From NCBI RefSeq assembly GCF_964213995.1, contig NC_135830.1, positions 8,308,001-8,372,000 of the forward strand: DNA of 64,000 nt, given 5' to 3'. The DNA is from Mustelus asterias (Eukaryota). The notes below the pieces were generated by a model. That model was not told the DNA's origin and did not search any database. It saw nothing but the letters and a program-made list of their open reading frames with translations. Numbering within the stretch: position 1 is the first letter of the stretch; each line of letters begins with the position of its first letter. The position numbers were made by a program, and so were the translations under genes. Shown one piece after another: positions 35,571 to 49,915 of the stretch.

Positions 35571-38500
35571 AGAACATAGAACATCGAACATTACAGCGCA
35601 GTACAGCCCCTTCGGCCCTCAATGTTGCGCCGACCAGTGAAACCAATCTAAAGCCCCTCTAATCTATACTATTCCAATATTATGTGTATTAGGTGTATAA
35701 AATTATGAAAGGCATAGATAGGGTGACCGGTGGGAAGCTTTTCCCCAGGTCGGTGGTGACGTTCACGAGGGGTCATAGGTTCAAGGTGAAGGGGGGAGAG
35801 GTTTAACACAGATATCAGACGGACATATTTTACACAGAGGGTGGTGGGGGCCTGGAATGCGCTGCCAGGCAAGGTGGTGGAGGCAGACACGCTGGGAACA
35901 TTTACGACTTATCTAGACAGCCATATGAACGGAGTGGGAATGGAGGGATACAAAAGAATGGTGTAGTTTGGACCAGGGAGCGGCGCGGGCTTGGAGGGCC
36001 GAAGGGCCTGTTCCTGTGCTGTATTGTTCTTTGTTCTTTGTTTTGTATTATCCATATGTTTATCCAATGACCATTTAAATGCTCTTAATGTTGACGAGTC
36101 CACTACTACTGCAGGCAGGGCATTCCACGCCCTTACTACTCTCTGAGTAAAGAACCTACCTCTAACATCTGTCCTACATCTCTTACCCCTCAATTTAAAG
36201 CTATGTCCCCTCGTGTTAGCCATCACCATCCGAGGAAAAAGGCTCTCACTATCCACCCTCTCTAATCCTCTGATCATCTTGTATGCCTCTATTAAGTCAC
36301 CTCTTAACCTTCTTCTCTCGAGCGAAAACAACCTCAAGCCATTCAGCCTTTGCTCATACGATTCTCCCACATACCAGGCAACATCCTGGTAAATCTCCTC
36401 TGCACCCTTTGCAACACTTCCACATCTTTCCTATAATGTGGCGACCAGAACTGTATGCAATCCTCCAAGTGCGGCCGCACCAGAGTTTTGTAGAGTTGCA
36501 GCATGACCTCCTGACTCCGAAACTCAATCCCTCTACCAATAAAAGCTAACACACTGTACGCCTTCTTAACAACCCTATCAACCTGGGTGCCAACTTTCAG
36601 GGATCTATGCACATGGACACCCAGATCCCTCTGTTCATCCACATTACCAAGTATCGTACCATTAGTCCAGTACTCTGTATTCCTGTTACTCCTTCCAAAG
36701 TGAATCACTTCACACTTTTCCGCATTAAACTCCATTTGCCACCTCTCAGCCCAGCTCTGCAGCTTATCTATGTCCCTCTGTAACCTGCCACTTCCCTCCG
36801 CACTATCTACAACTCCACCGACTTTAGTGTCATCAGCAAATTTACTAATCCATCCTTCTATGCTCTCATCCAGGTCATGAATAAAAAGGACAAACAGCAG
36901 TGGCCCCAAAACAGATCCTTGCGGTATACCACGAGTCATTGAACTCCAGGATGAATATTTCCCAGCAACCACCACCCTCTATTTTTTTACAGCTGGCCAA
37001 TTCCTGATCCAAACCACACAATCACCCTCAATCCCATGTGTCCGTATTTTCTGCAAAGGCTTACCATGGGGAACCTTATCAAACGCTTTGCTGAAATCCA
37101 TATACACCACATCATCCGTTTTCCCCTAATCCACCTCTTTGGTCACCTTCTCAAAGAACTCAATAAGGATTGTGAGGCACGACTTACCGTTCACAAAACC
37201 GTGCTGACTATCCCTAATCAAATTATTCCTTTCCAGGTGATTATTAATCCGATCTCTTATAATCCTTTCCAATCCGTTGCCCAAAACAGAAGTAAGGCTC
37301 ACTGGTCTATAATTACCAGGGTTGTCCCTACTCCCCTTCTTGAACAAGGGGACAACATTTGCTCTCCTCCAGTCTTCTGGCACTGTTCCTGTAGACAATG
37401 ACGACCCAAAGATCAAAGCCAAAGGCTCTGCAATCTCCTCTCTAGCCTCCCAGAGAATCCGAGGATAAATCCCATCAGGCCCAGGGGACTTATCTATTTT
37501 TATCCTTTCCAGAATTGCTAACACCTCCTCCTTATGAACCTGAATCCCATCCAGTCCAACAGCCTGCATCTCAGTACTCCCTTGGACAACACTGTCCCTC
37601 TCCAGTGTGAATACCGACGAAAACTATTCATTTAGTGCCTCTCCTATCTCTTCAGACTCCACGCACAACTTCCCACTCCTGTCCTTGACTGACCCTAATC
37701 TTACCCTCGTCATTCTTTTACTCCTGACATACCTATAGAAAGCGTTAGGTTTTTCCTTGATCCTACCTTCGAAAGACTTCTCATGTCCCCTCCTGGCTCT
37801 TCTTAACTCTTTGTTTAGGTCCTTCCTGGCTAACTTGTAACTCTCAAGTGCCCTAACTGAGTCTTCACGTCTCATCATAACATAAGTCTCCTTCTTCCTC
37901 TTCACAAGAGATTCAACCTCCTTAGTAAACCACGGTTCCCTCACACGTCTGCTTCCTCCCTGCCTGACAGGTATATATTTATCAAGGACGCATCGCAGCT
38001 GTTCCTTGAACAAGTTCCACATTACAATTGTGCCCATCCCCTGCAGTTTCCTTCCCCAACCTATGCCAGCTAAATCTCGCCTAATCGCATCATAATTTCC
38101 TTTCCCCCAGCTATAACTCTTGCCCTTTGGTATATACCTATCCTTTTCCATAGCTAAGGTAAACGTAATCGAATTCTGGTCACTGTCACCAAAGTGCTCA
38201 CCTACCTCCAAATCTAACACCTGGCCTGGTTCATTACCCAGTACCAAATCCAATGTGGCCTCGCCTCTTGTTGTTCTATCTACATACTGTGTCAGGAAGC
38301 CTTCCTGCACACATTGGACAAAAACCGACCCCTCTAAAGTACTCGAACTATAGCCTTTCCAGTCAATATTTGTAAAGTTAAAGTCCCCCAGTACAACTAC
38401 CCTGTTACTTTCGCTCCTATCTAGAATCATCTTTGCAATCTTTTCCTCTACATCTCTGGAACTTTTTGGATGTCTATAAACAAAAACTCCCAACAGGGTT

Positions 38501-40435
38501 ACCTCTCCTTTCCTGTTTCTAACCTCAGCCCAAACTCCCTCAGTGGATGAGTCCTCATCACACGTCCTTTCTGCCACTGTAATACTGTCCTTGACTAATG
38601 ATGCCACACCTCCCCTTCTTTTACCACCTTCCCTGCACTTACGGAAACATCTGAACCCCGGGACCTGCAAAAACAATTCCTGTCCCTGCTCTATTCATGT
38701 CTCTGAGATGGCCACAACATCGAAATCCCAGGTACCAACCCATGCTGCAAGTTCACCCACCTTAATCCGGATGCTCCTGGCGTTGACGTATACACACTTC
38801 AAACCACCTTCCTGCCTGCTAGTACACTCCAGCGACCTTGAAACCTCATCCATGACCTCACTACTCTCAACCTCCTGCACACCGGAGCTACAATCCAGGT
38901 ACCCACCACCCTGCTGAATTAGTTTAAACCCTTCCGAAGAGCATTAGCAAATCCCGCCCGCGCCCCCCCCCCCCCCAAGATATTGGTACCCCTCTGGTTC
39001 AGGTGCAGACCATCCTGTTTGTAGAGGTCCCACCTACCCCAGAAAGAGCCCCAATTGTCCAGGTATCTGTCACCCTCCCTCCTGCACCATCCCTGTAATC
39101 ACGTGTTCAACTGCTCTCTTTCCCTATTCCTCTCCTCACTATCCCGTGGCACGGGTAACAAACCAGAGATAACAACTTTGTTTGTTCTAGCCCTAAGCTT
39201 TCACCCTAACTCCCTGAAATTCTGCCTTACATGCCCACCCCTTTTCCTAACTATGTCTTGAGTGCCTATGTGAACCACAACTTGGGGCTGGTTCCCCTCC
39301 CCCTTAAGGATTTCGAAAACACGATCCGAGACATCGTGGACTTTGACTCCTGGGAGGCAACACACCAACCGCGAGTCTCTCTTGTTCTCGCAGTATCTCC
39401 TTTCCGTCCTTTTAACTATGGAGTCCCCAATGACTAATGCTCTACTCCTCTCCCCCCTTCCCTTCTGAGCCACAATGACAGACTCTGAGCCAGTGACCTG
39501 TACACTATGGCTTACCCCTGCAAAGTCTTCCCCGCCAACAGCATCCAAAAGAGTACTATCCCCAATGTCTACTACATTTCTTGTTTCTCCCCCCACTTGG
39601 ACGGATCCCTGTCCCTTGGTGCGGTGGTCAGTTTGCTCATCCTCCCTTTCCCTACCCTCCTGAGCTGCCGGGCCGGACTCTGCGCCGGACGCACGGCCAC
39701 TATTGCTTCCCCCAAGCAGGCTGTTCCCCCCGACAGCACTCAAACAGGAGAACTTATTTTTAAGGGGCACAGCCACTGGGGTACTGTCTAGTACCTGACC
39801 TTTCCCCTTCCCCTTCCTAACTGTGACCCACTTGTCTGTCGCCCAAGGCCCGAGTGTGACCACCTGCCTGTAACTCCTATCTATCACCTCCTCATTCTCC
39901 CTAACCAGACGAAGGTCATTGAGCTGCAGCTCCAGTTCCCTAATGTGGTCCCTTAGGAGCTGCAGCTCGACGCACCCGGCGTAGATATGGATGTCTGGAA
40001 GGCTAGCTGACTCCGGACCTCCCACATCCGACACTGAGAACAACAAACTGGCCTCACACTCATCATTCCCCCTTTCTTCCAATGACACAGGAAAAACTAT
40101 CTAAACCTACCCCACCTCTGCCCGTTTATGCTGAAGCCTGATGAGCCAAAGCCCTTCAGCTCTCACTGTGCTCCCTGCTCACTCAGCCTGATGAGCCAAA
40201 GCTCGTCAGCTCTCACTCTGCTCCCTGCTCACTCCGCTGCCCGCTACGACGCTGCCCGCTTAATAGTGCGGCCTACTTATATACCTCGCGCGTGCTGAAG
40301 AAAATCTTAGACACTTCCCACAACACCCAGCGCACTACTTCCGGGTTAGAGTTCAAAGTATTTTTTTGAAAAAACACCCCCGAAAAAGTACTTTAAACTG
40401 AATTAAAAGTATTATTTTTTAAATTACAAGTCTTA
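35571..40435 (-). mobile_element. Full-length CR1 LINE with few disablements
   Basis: ORF1 39201-40088 (zipper, GDS esterase), endonuclease 37624-38880, RT 35909-37569, CpG-rich 5' UTR. Confidence 0.92.
35684..36045 (+). mobile_element. CR1 3' fragment nested at the ORF2/3' UTR junction of another CR1
   Basis: TATTAT duplicated at 35678-35683 and 36046-36051; (ttctttg)n tail. Confidence 0.85.
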
Positions 40436-40504
40436 CTTTAGAACTGAGACGAGGAGGAATTTCTTCATCTAGGGGGTGGTGAATCTGTGGAATTTGGTGT
40501 GTTT

Positions 40505-42010
40505 CTCGCAGATTAGAAAACAGTAAATGTGACGCCACTGTTTAAAAACGGAGGCAGACAAAAAGCAGGAAACTATTGACCGGTTAGTTCAACTTCTGTC
40601 GTAGGGAAATGCTTGAATCTATCATCAAGGAAGAAATAGCGAGACATCTGGATATACATTGACCCATTGGCAAGGCGCAGCATGGTTTCATGAAGGGCAG
40701 GTCATGTTTGACTAATTTGGTGGAATTCTTTGAGAACATTTCATGTGCACTGGACAATGGGAAACCTGTGGATGTGGTGTATCTGGATTTCCAGAAGGCA
40801 TTTGACAAGGTGCCGCACCAAAAGCTGCTACATAAGACAAAGTTGCACGGTGTTACGGGTAATGTATTAGTATGGATAGAGGATTGAATAACTAACAGAA
40901 AGCAAAGAGTAGGGGTAGGTGAGTGTTTTTCAGGTTGGCGATCAGTGACTCGTGGTGTACCTCAGGGTATTGGCCAGTGACTCGTGGTGTACCTCAGGGT
41001 ATTGGCCAGTGACTCGTGGTGTACCTCAGGGTATTGGGACCGCGATTGTTTCCAATTTACATCGATGATTTGGAGTTGGGGACCAAGTGTAGTGTGTCAA
41101 AATTCGCAGATGAGACGAAGATGACTGGCACAGCAAAGTGTGCAGAGGACGCTGAAAGTCTGCAAAGGGATATAGATAGTCTAAGTAAGTGGGCGGGGGT
41201 TTGGCAGATGGAGTATAATGTTACTAAATGTGAGGTCATTCATTTTGGTGGGAATAACAGCAAAACGGACTACATAAATGGTAAAAAATTGCAGGATGTT
41301 GTGCAGAGGGACCTGCGTGTGCTTGTGCAGGGAGTTGGTTTGCAGGTGGAGCAAGTCATTAAGAAGGCAAATGGAATTTTGTCCTTCATTGCGAGAGGGA
41401 CTTAGGTTAAAAAACAGCGAGGTTATGATGCAGCTCTATAAGGTGCTGGCGAGGCCACACCTCTAGGACTGTGTACAGTTTTGGTCTCCTCACTTGAGAA
41501 AGGATATGCCGGTACTGGAGGGGGTGCAGAGGAGATTCACTGGGTTGATTCTGGAGTTGAGAGGTTTGGCTTATGAGGAGAGACTAAGTAGACTTGGGCT
41601 ATACTCAGAATTCAGAAGAATGAGGGGAGATCTTACGGAAACATATTAGATTATGAAGGAATAGATACGATAGAAACAGGGAAGTTGTTTCCACTGGTGG
41701 GTGAAACTAGAACTAGGGGGCATGGCCTCAAAAAAAGTGGGAGCAGATTTAGGACTGAATTGAGGAGGAACTTCTTCACACAAAGGGCTGTGTAGTGTAG
41801 AATTCCCTGCCCAGTGAAGCAGTTGAGGCGACCTCATTGAATGTTTTTAAGGCAAGGATAGATACATTTTTGAACAGTAACGGAATTAAGGGTTTTGGGA
41901 GCGGGTGGGTAAGTGGAACTGAGTCCAGGAATAGATCAGCCATGATCTTATTGAATGGCGGTGCAGGCTCAAGGGGCCAGATGTCCTACTCCTGCTCCTC
42001 GTTCTTATGT
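40505..42010 (+). mobile_element. CR1 LINE fragment
   Basis: YLDFQKAFDKVP and KFADET motifs; internal 32-bp triplication at 40943-41037. Confidence 0.85.
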
Positions 42011-42019
42011 TCGCCTGAC

Positions 42020-43620
42020 TTCGATAATTGGCAAGACTTTAGAGTCCATTATTGAAGAAGAGATCACAGTACTTGGAAGTGCATGATACAGTAGGACTGA
42101 GTCAGCATGGCTTTGTCAAGGGAAGGTTATGTCTGACAATTATGCTGGAGTTCTTTGAGGACGTAACAAGGAAGTTAGATAAAGAAGAACCGGTGGACCT
42201 GATTTATTTAGATTTCCAAAAGTCCTTTGACAAGCTGCCACATAGGAGACTGTTAAGTGCCAATAATGATGAGGGTAAGATCATGACATGGATAGAGGAT
42301 TGGCTGACTAGCAGTAGGAAGAGAGTGGGGACGAAGGGGTCTTTTTCAGGATGGCATCTAGTGCCTAGTGGTGTTCCTCAGGGGTCAGTTCTGGGATCAC
42401 AACATTTCACAATATACATTAACGTTTTGGAAGAAGGAACTGAAGGCACTGTTACTAAGTTTGCAGATGATACAAAGATATGTAGAGGGACAGGTAGTAT
42501 TGAGGAAGCAGATTGGCTGCAGAAGGGCTTGGACTTGTTGGGAGACTGGGCAAAGAGGGGGCAAATGTATTATAATGCGGAAAAGTGTGAGTTTATGCAC
42601 TTTGGAAGGAGGAATAGTTGCATAAACTAGTTACGAAATGGGAAAATGCTTAGGAAACCAGAAGTACAAGGGAATTTGGGAGTCCCTGTTCAAGATTCTC
42701 AAAAGTTAACCTGAAGATTCAGTCGGCAGGTAGGAAGGCAAATTGAATGCTCGTATTCATGTCGAGAAGGCTATAATACAACAGCAGGGATGTACCTCTG
42801 AGGCTGCATAAGGCTCTGGTCAGACCTCATTTGCAGTATTGTGAGCAGTTTTGAGCCCCGTATCTAAGGAAGGACGTGCTAGCCTTGGAAAGGGCCCAGA
42901 GGAGGTTCACAAGAATGATAGTGATAGATATAGGACAGATGTCAGAGGTATGTTCTTTACTCAGAGAGTAGTAAGGACGTGGAATGTCCTGCTGCAACAT
43001 TAGTGGACTCGCCAAAATTAAGGGCATTTAAATGGTCATTGGATAAACATATGGATGATATTGGAATAGTGTAGGCTAGATGGGCTTTAGATTGGTTTCA
43101 CAGGTCGGCGCAACATCGAGGGCTGAAGGGTCTGTATTGCGCTGTAATGTTCTATGTTCTATAATCCCTGGAATGAAGAGCTTGTCGTATGAGGAACGGT
43201 TGAGGACTCTGGGTCTGTATTCGTTGGAGTTTAGAAAGATGACGTGGGGATCTTATTGAAACTTATAGGATATTGCGAGGCCTGGATAGAGTGGACGTGG
43301 AGAGGATGATCACTAGTAGGAAAAACTAGAACCAGAGGGCACAACCTCAGACTAAACGGACGATCCTTTAAAACAGATGAGGAGGAATTTCTTCAGCCAG
43401 AAAGTCGTGAATCCGTGGAACCCCTTGCCCGCAGAAGGCTGTGGAGGCCAGGTCATTGATTGTCTTTCAGACAGAGATAGATACGTTCTTGATTACTAAG
43501 GGGATCAGGGTTTATGGGGAAAAGGCAGGAGAATGGGAATGAGAAAAATATCAGCCATACTTGAATGGCAGATCAGACTCGATGGGCTGAGTGGCCTAAT
43601 TCTGCTTACATCTTATGGTA
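42020..43620 (+). mobile_element. CR1 LINE fragment with nested CR1 3' end (about 42918-43162)
   Basis: ORF 42052-42630 with RT motifs. Confidence 0.85.
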
Positions 43621-43911
43621 CGGGGAATGAAGGATACAGGTGGACGTAAGGAGTATTAGGAATATGTTCCGAGTGCAGGGATTTGGGGTGGTTTTTGGAG
43701 TTTTTGTGACATGTTTGGGTGGTGAGGAATGGGGGTTAGACTGCTTGTGCGAGGGAGGTGGGGGGGAGTGATCTCCCCGGTTTCAAGTCCTCCCTGGGTT
43801 TACATACACCTGTCTTCAAAGTATCATCAGGTGTGAAACCTCATCTGGTTCAGAACATCTCCAGTTTCATATCCGCACCAAAATCGCTCAATCAACATGT
43901 CCAAACAATCA

Positions 43912-44141
43912 ACACGTTCAGACACGCGCCGGGTTCAGACCCACACCAGGTTCAGACTTACACTAGGTTCGGATCCGCAGCAGGTTCTGACTCACATCAG
44001 GTTCAGACCCACACCAGGTTCGGGCCCACGCCAGGTTCAGACTCACATCAGGTTCAGGCCCGCATCAGGTTCAGACCCGCACCAGGTTCAGACCCACACC
44101 AGGTTCAGACTGAAACGCGGTTCAGTCTCACACCAGGTTCA
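43912..44141. repeat. 17-bp minisatellite (CAGGTTCAGACCCACAC), about 13 copies
   Basis: Direct inspection of periodic ggttcag. Confidence 0.85.
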
Positions 44142-44145
44142 CAAT

Positions 44146-45720
44146 CATAGAAACATTGAAATATAGGAACAGCAGGAACAGGCCATTCGGCCCTTCGAGC
44201 AAGCTCCGCCATTCAGTTTGATCATGGATGATCATCAACTTCAATATCCTGATCATCCCTTCCTCCCATAACCCGTGATCACTTTCGCCCAAAGGGCTAT
44301 ATATAATTTCTTCCTGAAATCATAGAAATCATAGAAATCATAGAAGCCCTACAGAACAGAAAGAGGCCATTCGGCCCATCGAGTCTGCACCGACCACAAT
44401 CCCACCCAGGCCCTACCCCCATATCCCTACATATTTTGCCCACTAATCCCTCTAACCTACGCATCTCAGGACACTAAGGGGCAATTTTCGCATGGCCAAT
44501 CAACCTAACCCGCACATCTTTGGACTGTGGCAGGAAACCGGAGCACCCGGAGGAAACCCAAATCACTAAAGGTTTTGGCCTCAGCTACTTTCTGTGACAG
44601 TGAGGTCCAAAGATTGTCTGGGTGGAGAAATTTCTCCTCACCTCTGTTCTAAAAGATTGACCCTTATCCTCAAACTATGAACCCAAGTCCTCAACTTCCT
44701 GAGCATCGGGAACATTCTTTCTGAATCTACCCTGTCTCAACCTGTTCCAATATTATATATTTCACCCTAATAAACTCCAATGAATAAAGCCCTAACCGAC
44801 TTAGTATCACAAAATTGCCATCCCAGGAATCAGCCTGGTAAACATTCTCTACACTCCCTCTATAGCAAGGATATTCTTCCTGAGGTAAGGACACCAAAAC
44901 TGCACACAATACTCGAGGTGTGGCCTCAGCAATGCCTTGTAGAACTGCAGTGACACATCTCTATTCTTCTACTCAAATCTTCTCCCTATGAAGGCCAGCA
45001 TTACAGTTGTCTTCTTTACTGCCTGTTGAACATGCACGCTTACTTTCACTTACTGCTGCATGCGGACACCAAGGTCTCGCTGAGTATCCACCTGTCTCAG
45101 TTTACACCCAATCAAATAATAATCTGTCTTCCTGTTATTGCTGCCAAAGTGGAGAACCTCGCATTTACCCACATTTTACTGCAACTGCTTTGCACATGCT
45201 CACACATTGAGTCTGTTCAAATCACACTGAAGCATGTCTGCATGCTTCTCATAGTTCACCCTCACCCACCTTGTATCATCTGCAAATTTGGAGATGACAC
45301 ATTTCGTTCCATTTTCAGAATAATTAATATATAATGTGAACAGTTGGAGTCCGTGCACAGATTCCTGCAGTACCCTACTAGACACTGACTGCTAATCAGA
45401 AAAAGACCCATTTATTGCCAAACCTTTGCTTTCTATCTGCGAAACAGCTTTCTATCCATCTCAAAATATTGCCAGCAATCCCATGTGCTTTCACTTTACA
45501 TGGCAGTCTGTTATGTGAGACCTTGTCGAAAGCCTTCTGAAAGTCTCAATAAACCACACCCACTGGTTCTCCTCAGAGAACTCTACTGGTTGCATCCTCA
45601 AAAAATTCCAATAGATTCTTCAAACAATATTTCCCCTCTGTCAATCCATGCTGACTTTGTCTGATTTTCCCACTGCCTTCCAAGTGCTGAGTTACGAAAT
45701 CATTGATAAATCCTCCAGCT
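44146..45720 (-). mobile_element. Old CR1 LINE fragment with nested SINE (about 44320-44560)
   Basis: KFADDT, QSQHG and LEFFED remnants. Confidence 0.75.
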
Positions 45721-46767
45721 CCAACTTCCCCTGTGCTGATGATGGGTTCACTGGGATCAGTATATCTTATCACTGATCGTGTGTCTGTGAAATGCTGAGA
45801 TGTAGATCACTCACAGAGTAACAGCATAGAGCAGCTCACACAGAGATTTAGACAACTACAAGGGTAATTGTCACTTGCCAGGAACGCCAATAACTCCATG
45901 GATCAGGTGGGATAATTCCTTCACCATTTAAAATTCCTCATACATTTTCAGCGTGATGTAATGTGTCCCTTCGCTCTGCAGGTAATCTCTGTGTTAAATC
46001 CGTGATGATACATTCCCAAAGACATTCATATGTACCCTGTGGTATCCCCTCTGGGATACTGACATTGCAAAATCACTCATCTTCGAGTTTCTTCAAATTA
46101 ACAAACACGTGCCGACATTGATTGAGGTTGTGGAATATATTTATTTCTGAGATTGAATTGCTGCCATTCAAAGAACGGACAATGCTGATCATATTAGTTA
46201 ATTTGTAACATTAGAGGCTATGTTACCCACCAAAGGTATTGTCATCTAAAACACAACTCTCAAGATCCCATGTTGCCTCAGCGTTATCTTTCACCTGTCT
46301 GTGACCTTTCAATGATTCAATTCCAAATGTTAGAGTGCCTCTCCGGGCTGTTCCACTCTCTTCTCGGATATACTTACTCTCTTTAACTCTGGAAATACAC
46401 TGAATCCATTCAGGTCCTATAATTGTGACTCCAATTTCAGATTTAATCTTCAGTAAAAAACGTGGACCACAGCAACTGAATCTATCCCCTCCAGCTCCAT
46501 GTTTCTCAGCAGCCCAGATGAGATGTCCCGAACCGGAGCACCAGTCAGGCAACACAGCCTGACTCTCAATTCGAGACTCTCAATCCTGGCCACAGATAAA
46601 AGTGTCTATTCCCCTGACGAACTATCCCCATTTACAACCACATTTCCCTTTTCTCCTCCCTCTTGAATGGCTCCCTGAACCCCCGTGCTATTGGTCAGTT
46701 GCTCAGTCTCCTTGCACCCTCACCCAAGTCCGCACAGGGAGCAAGTGTCACAAACCTGTTTGTTTAA

Positions 46768-47066
46768 TCATTCGAAGGACATGGGCGTCCCTGGCTGACC
46801 AGCATTTACTGCCTGTCCCTCGTTGACCTTGGAGAGCAGTTGAGATTTAAACACTTTGCTGTGGCTCTGGAGCCACTTGGAGGCCAGACCAGGTAAGGAC
46901 GGCAGGTTTCCTTCCCTAAACGACATTAGTGAACCAGATGAGTTCTTCCGACAATGGAGAATGGTATTCTGGTCAACAGTAGATTTTTGATTCCAGTTAT
47001 GTTTTATTGAATTCAAATTCCAGCAGCTTTCGTAACGGGATTCGAACTCAGGGTCCCCAGAACATA
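46768..47066 (-). mobile_element. SINE (SacSINE1-like)
   Basis: Similar to 17335-17682; B box gagttcgaatcc on the - strand. Confidence 0.65.
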
Positions 47067-47439
47067 AAAACAAACATCGGGAGGCCTTCCTGAAGCTATG
47101 ACATCAGTAGGAGCAACTCAGAAAATTCCCTCCGTGCTCCTTCCAACACCTTACTCACAAATCAGCTGCTTCCATTGGTCTCACGTCACTTTCTGAACTG
47201 TAATGTCAGGTCGACACCTACCCGCACTGGACCTGGTCGTAAGGGACCGGGTAGTAAGGGACACAAGACACAGCAATACCTCTCCACCCACTTCCCTAAA
47301 CTCCCACACTTACCCCACCTCTCAGTGCTTCACTCCCTGCAGCTTGCACTCTGTGGAGCTCCCTGAGTGGGCAGATTTCACAGGCCTCAGTTCGGTAGTT
47401 TATATTTGCCCATGTCTAACTCATGAATCTGATTGAAGT

Positions 47440-49017
47440 CATTGCACCCTCCCCCTCTAGGTCTGAATAACCGCCGAGGGCTGACCGCCTTGGAAGGCTT
47501 ATTTGGAGTTTCAATGCTGGGTCCGGTTCCTCCTGCTCAGCCTCGGAAGAGAGTGGGGTTCATCAGATCAGAGCTTGCCTCTTCCACCATGTGCCTTGTG
47601 GCCCGTGTTCCCTTTATTGGGTGACAATGTGGTCGAGAGGGTAAAGCCCACTGTGTCCATTTCAGACTCCGAGGTTCCCACTGGTGGGGATGGAGAACAG
47701 GAGCCGGAGTGCCTGGAATTCTTTCCAAAGTTCCCGGTGTGATGGGAATTGATTTTTCCTGCATGGCTTGGGACTTCATGGCGTCTAGGTGATTGAAGCA
47801 TTCCCATAGGATGGTATCTCCCAAGCGGACTTGATGTGAAACTGGCCCTGTTCCAGACTCGAACGTGCCTCATAACCACGCGGGTCCATTGCCGATGATT
47901 CTTTACTAATAACCTATCAAATGCCTTTAAGTGCCTCTCCCGGTTGGCACTGGATGTCAACTCCCGTCCTCGGAAGATCAGACTTAACATTGGGCGTAGT
48001 GATCTTCCCATGAGCATCTCTGCTGGGGCTATTCCGGTCGTTGAATGGGTGTTGAGGGGGGGTTGAGGGGTGTTGTCCTGTAATTGAAGATGAATCTCGA
48101 TGGTCTGGTGTCCAAGGAGGTTGTGGGCTGGTTTTTTGAACCTGCTTTTACTGTTTGGGCCGTTGTTTCTGCCAGGCGGTTGGATGGTGGGTAATATGAC
48201 ACTGTCCTAACGTGTCAAATTATGTTAAACTTCATCGAACGCACAAATTCCTGACTGATGAAGGGTGGTCCATTTTCAGAAACTAACATTTCTGGGATCC
48301 CAGGTGTCAAGAAATAGGTGTGAAATTTCTTCACTCTTGTCCTTGTGTTTGGTTAATGCACTCTGTGTACGGCCATCCATTTTCTATCAGCATCTATCAT
48401 TGTCAGGAACATTGACCCCATGAACGGTCCGGCACTGTCCGCTTGCAGCCACGTCTATGGCCATCCTGGCCATTCCCAAGTGTGAAGAGTAGTGACTGGT
48501 GATAGTTCTGCCCTTGTTGATATTGCCAACACTGACCCACGAGCAAATATCCGTATCAATACCTGGCCACCAACAGGGCAACTTGGAGGATCTTCAGTTT
48601 GCCATTCCTTGGTGGCAATGGTAAAGTTCACCATGTGATGGTGAAACTTGCCCAGGATGACATTCTTGAACCCCATAGGCTTGTGCCATCATCCACAGTC
48701 AGCTGCTGTCTGCCACTCCAATATCGGTGCATTTCAGGCTGTAACGGCCTTTTCGAGTCCCCCGTCAGCACGAGCTGCTTCAATTCATTCGGGACAGGGT
48801 AATTTTGCCTCCACAGCCGAATATTATTGGCAGCCACTGGGAGAGTTTTGAAAAAGTTCATGATTACCATCTCTTCCATTGTAAGAACGACAAGTGTCTG
48901 TTAATCGTAGCCAACTCAATGCATCTGCGTTAGTGACTCGGCCTCCTGGAGGATGTTCCAATCGATAATGGCAGGCAGGCAGTAATAAAGCCCACAGCTA
49001 GATATGGGCCGATGTTA
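47440..49017 (-). mobile_element. Gypsy/Ty3 LTR retrotransposon pol remnant (RNase H end and integrase)
   Basis: WALLL..NADALS, WWPGID, LHTWEWP and NGPPF motifs spread across frames. Confidence 0.75.
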
Positions 49018-49074
49018 TGCGCTGCACTGCCATGCAGGTGTTTCTGGAAATTCTTTGCCCAAACTATCACCGGA

Positions 49075-49375
49075 GACGAGGTGTCACAGAGGTTAGCACT
49101 GCTGCTTCATAACGCCAGAGACCTGGGTTCAGTTCCTGGCTTGGGTCACTGTGCGGAGTCTGCACATTCTCTCCGTATCTGCGTGGGTTTCCTCTGGTTT
49201 CTCCGGTTTCCTCCCACAGTCTCAAAGACATGCTGGCCAGGGTGCATTGGCCATGTTAAACTGTCCCTCAGTTTTACCCGAACAGGCACCAGAGTGCGAG
49301 GACTAAGCGATTTTCACAGTAACTTCATTGCAGTTTTAATGTAAGCCTACATTTGACACTTTATAAATGTTAAAC
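49075..49375 (+). mobile_element. tRNA-derived SINE
   Basis: ggttagcactgctgc..ctgggttcagttcctggcttgggtcactgtg head; same family at about 32303-32600 and 59885-60060. Confidence 0.65.
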
Positions 49376-49574
49376 TTCCTCTGAGTATGAATTGTTGAAC
49401 ATCGCTGGGAATCCTATCTAACTGTTTGTGTAAGTGCACGTGAATAATTTCATAATCGAAAACAAGAATCCTCCTGCCAGCTTTCAGTTTAGGTGCTCGA
49501 TCAGAGGGATTGGGTATTTATCCAGTTGCGAGAAACAGTTTACCGTTTGTTTAAAATTTCCCAGGACAATGTAT

Positions 49575-49915
49575 TTTTATTCACTCTTGGGACTTGGGTG
49601 TCGCTGGCCGGCCAGCATTTATTGCCCATCCCTAGTTGCCCATGTTCAAAGGGCAATTCAGTGTCAACCACATTGCTGTGGCACTGGAGTCACATTTCGT
49701 CCTGACCACGTAATGATGACAGATTTCCTTCCCTGGGAAATTGGTGAACCAGACGGGTTTTTCCGAAAATCGACAATGGAACTCTGAACAGATTCTGAGT
49801 TCCAGATATATTTATTCAAATTCCACGATCTGCTGTGACGGGATTCGAACCCGGGTGCACAGAACTTTAGCTGAGTTTCTGTATTAATAGTCGAATGATA
49901 AAAACACCAGTCCAT
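49575..49915 (-). mobile_element. SINE (SacSINE1-like)
   Basis: Similar to 28100-28445. Confidence 0.65.

Noticed and set aside
40130-40235. Two CTGATGAG motifs resembling hammerhead cores
   Set aside because: No stem II followed by GAAA; it is a short tandem duplication in the CR1 5' UTR
45940-46555. Possible exons or 110-aa ORF (46223-46555, - strand) in unique sequence
   Set aside because: No recognisable domain; the splice-like signals do not form a coherent gene model
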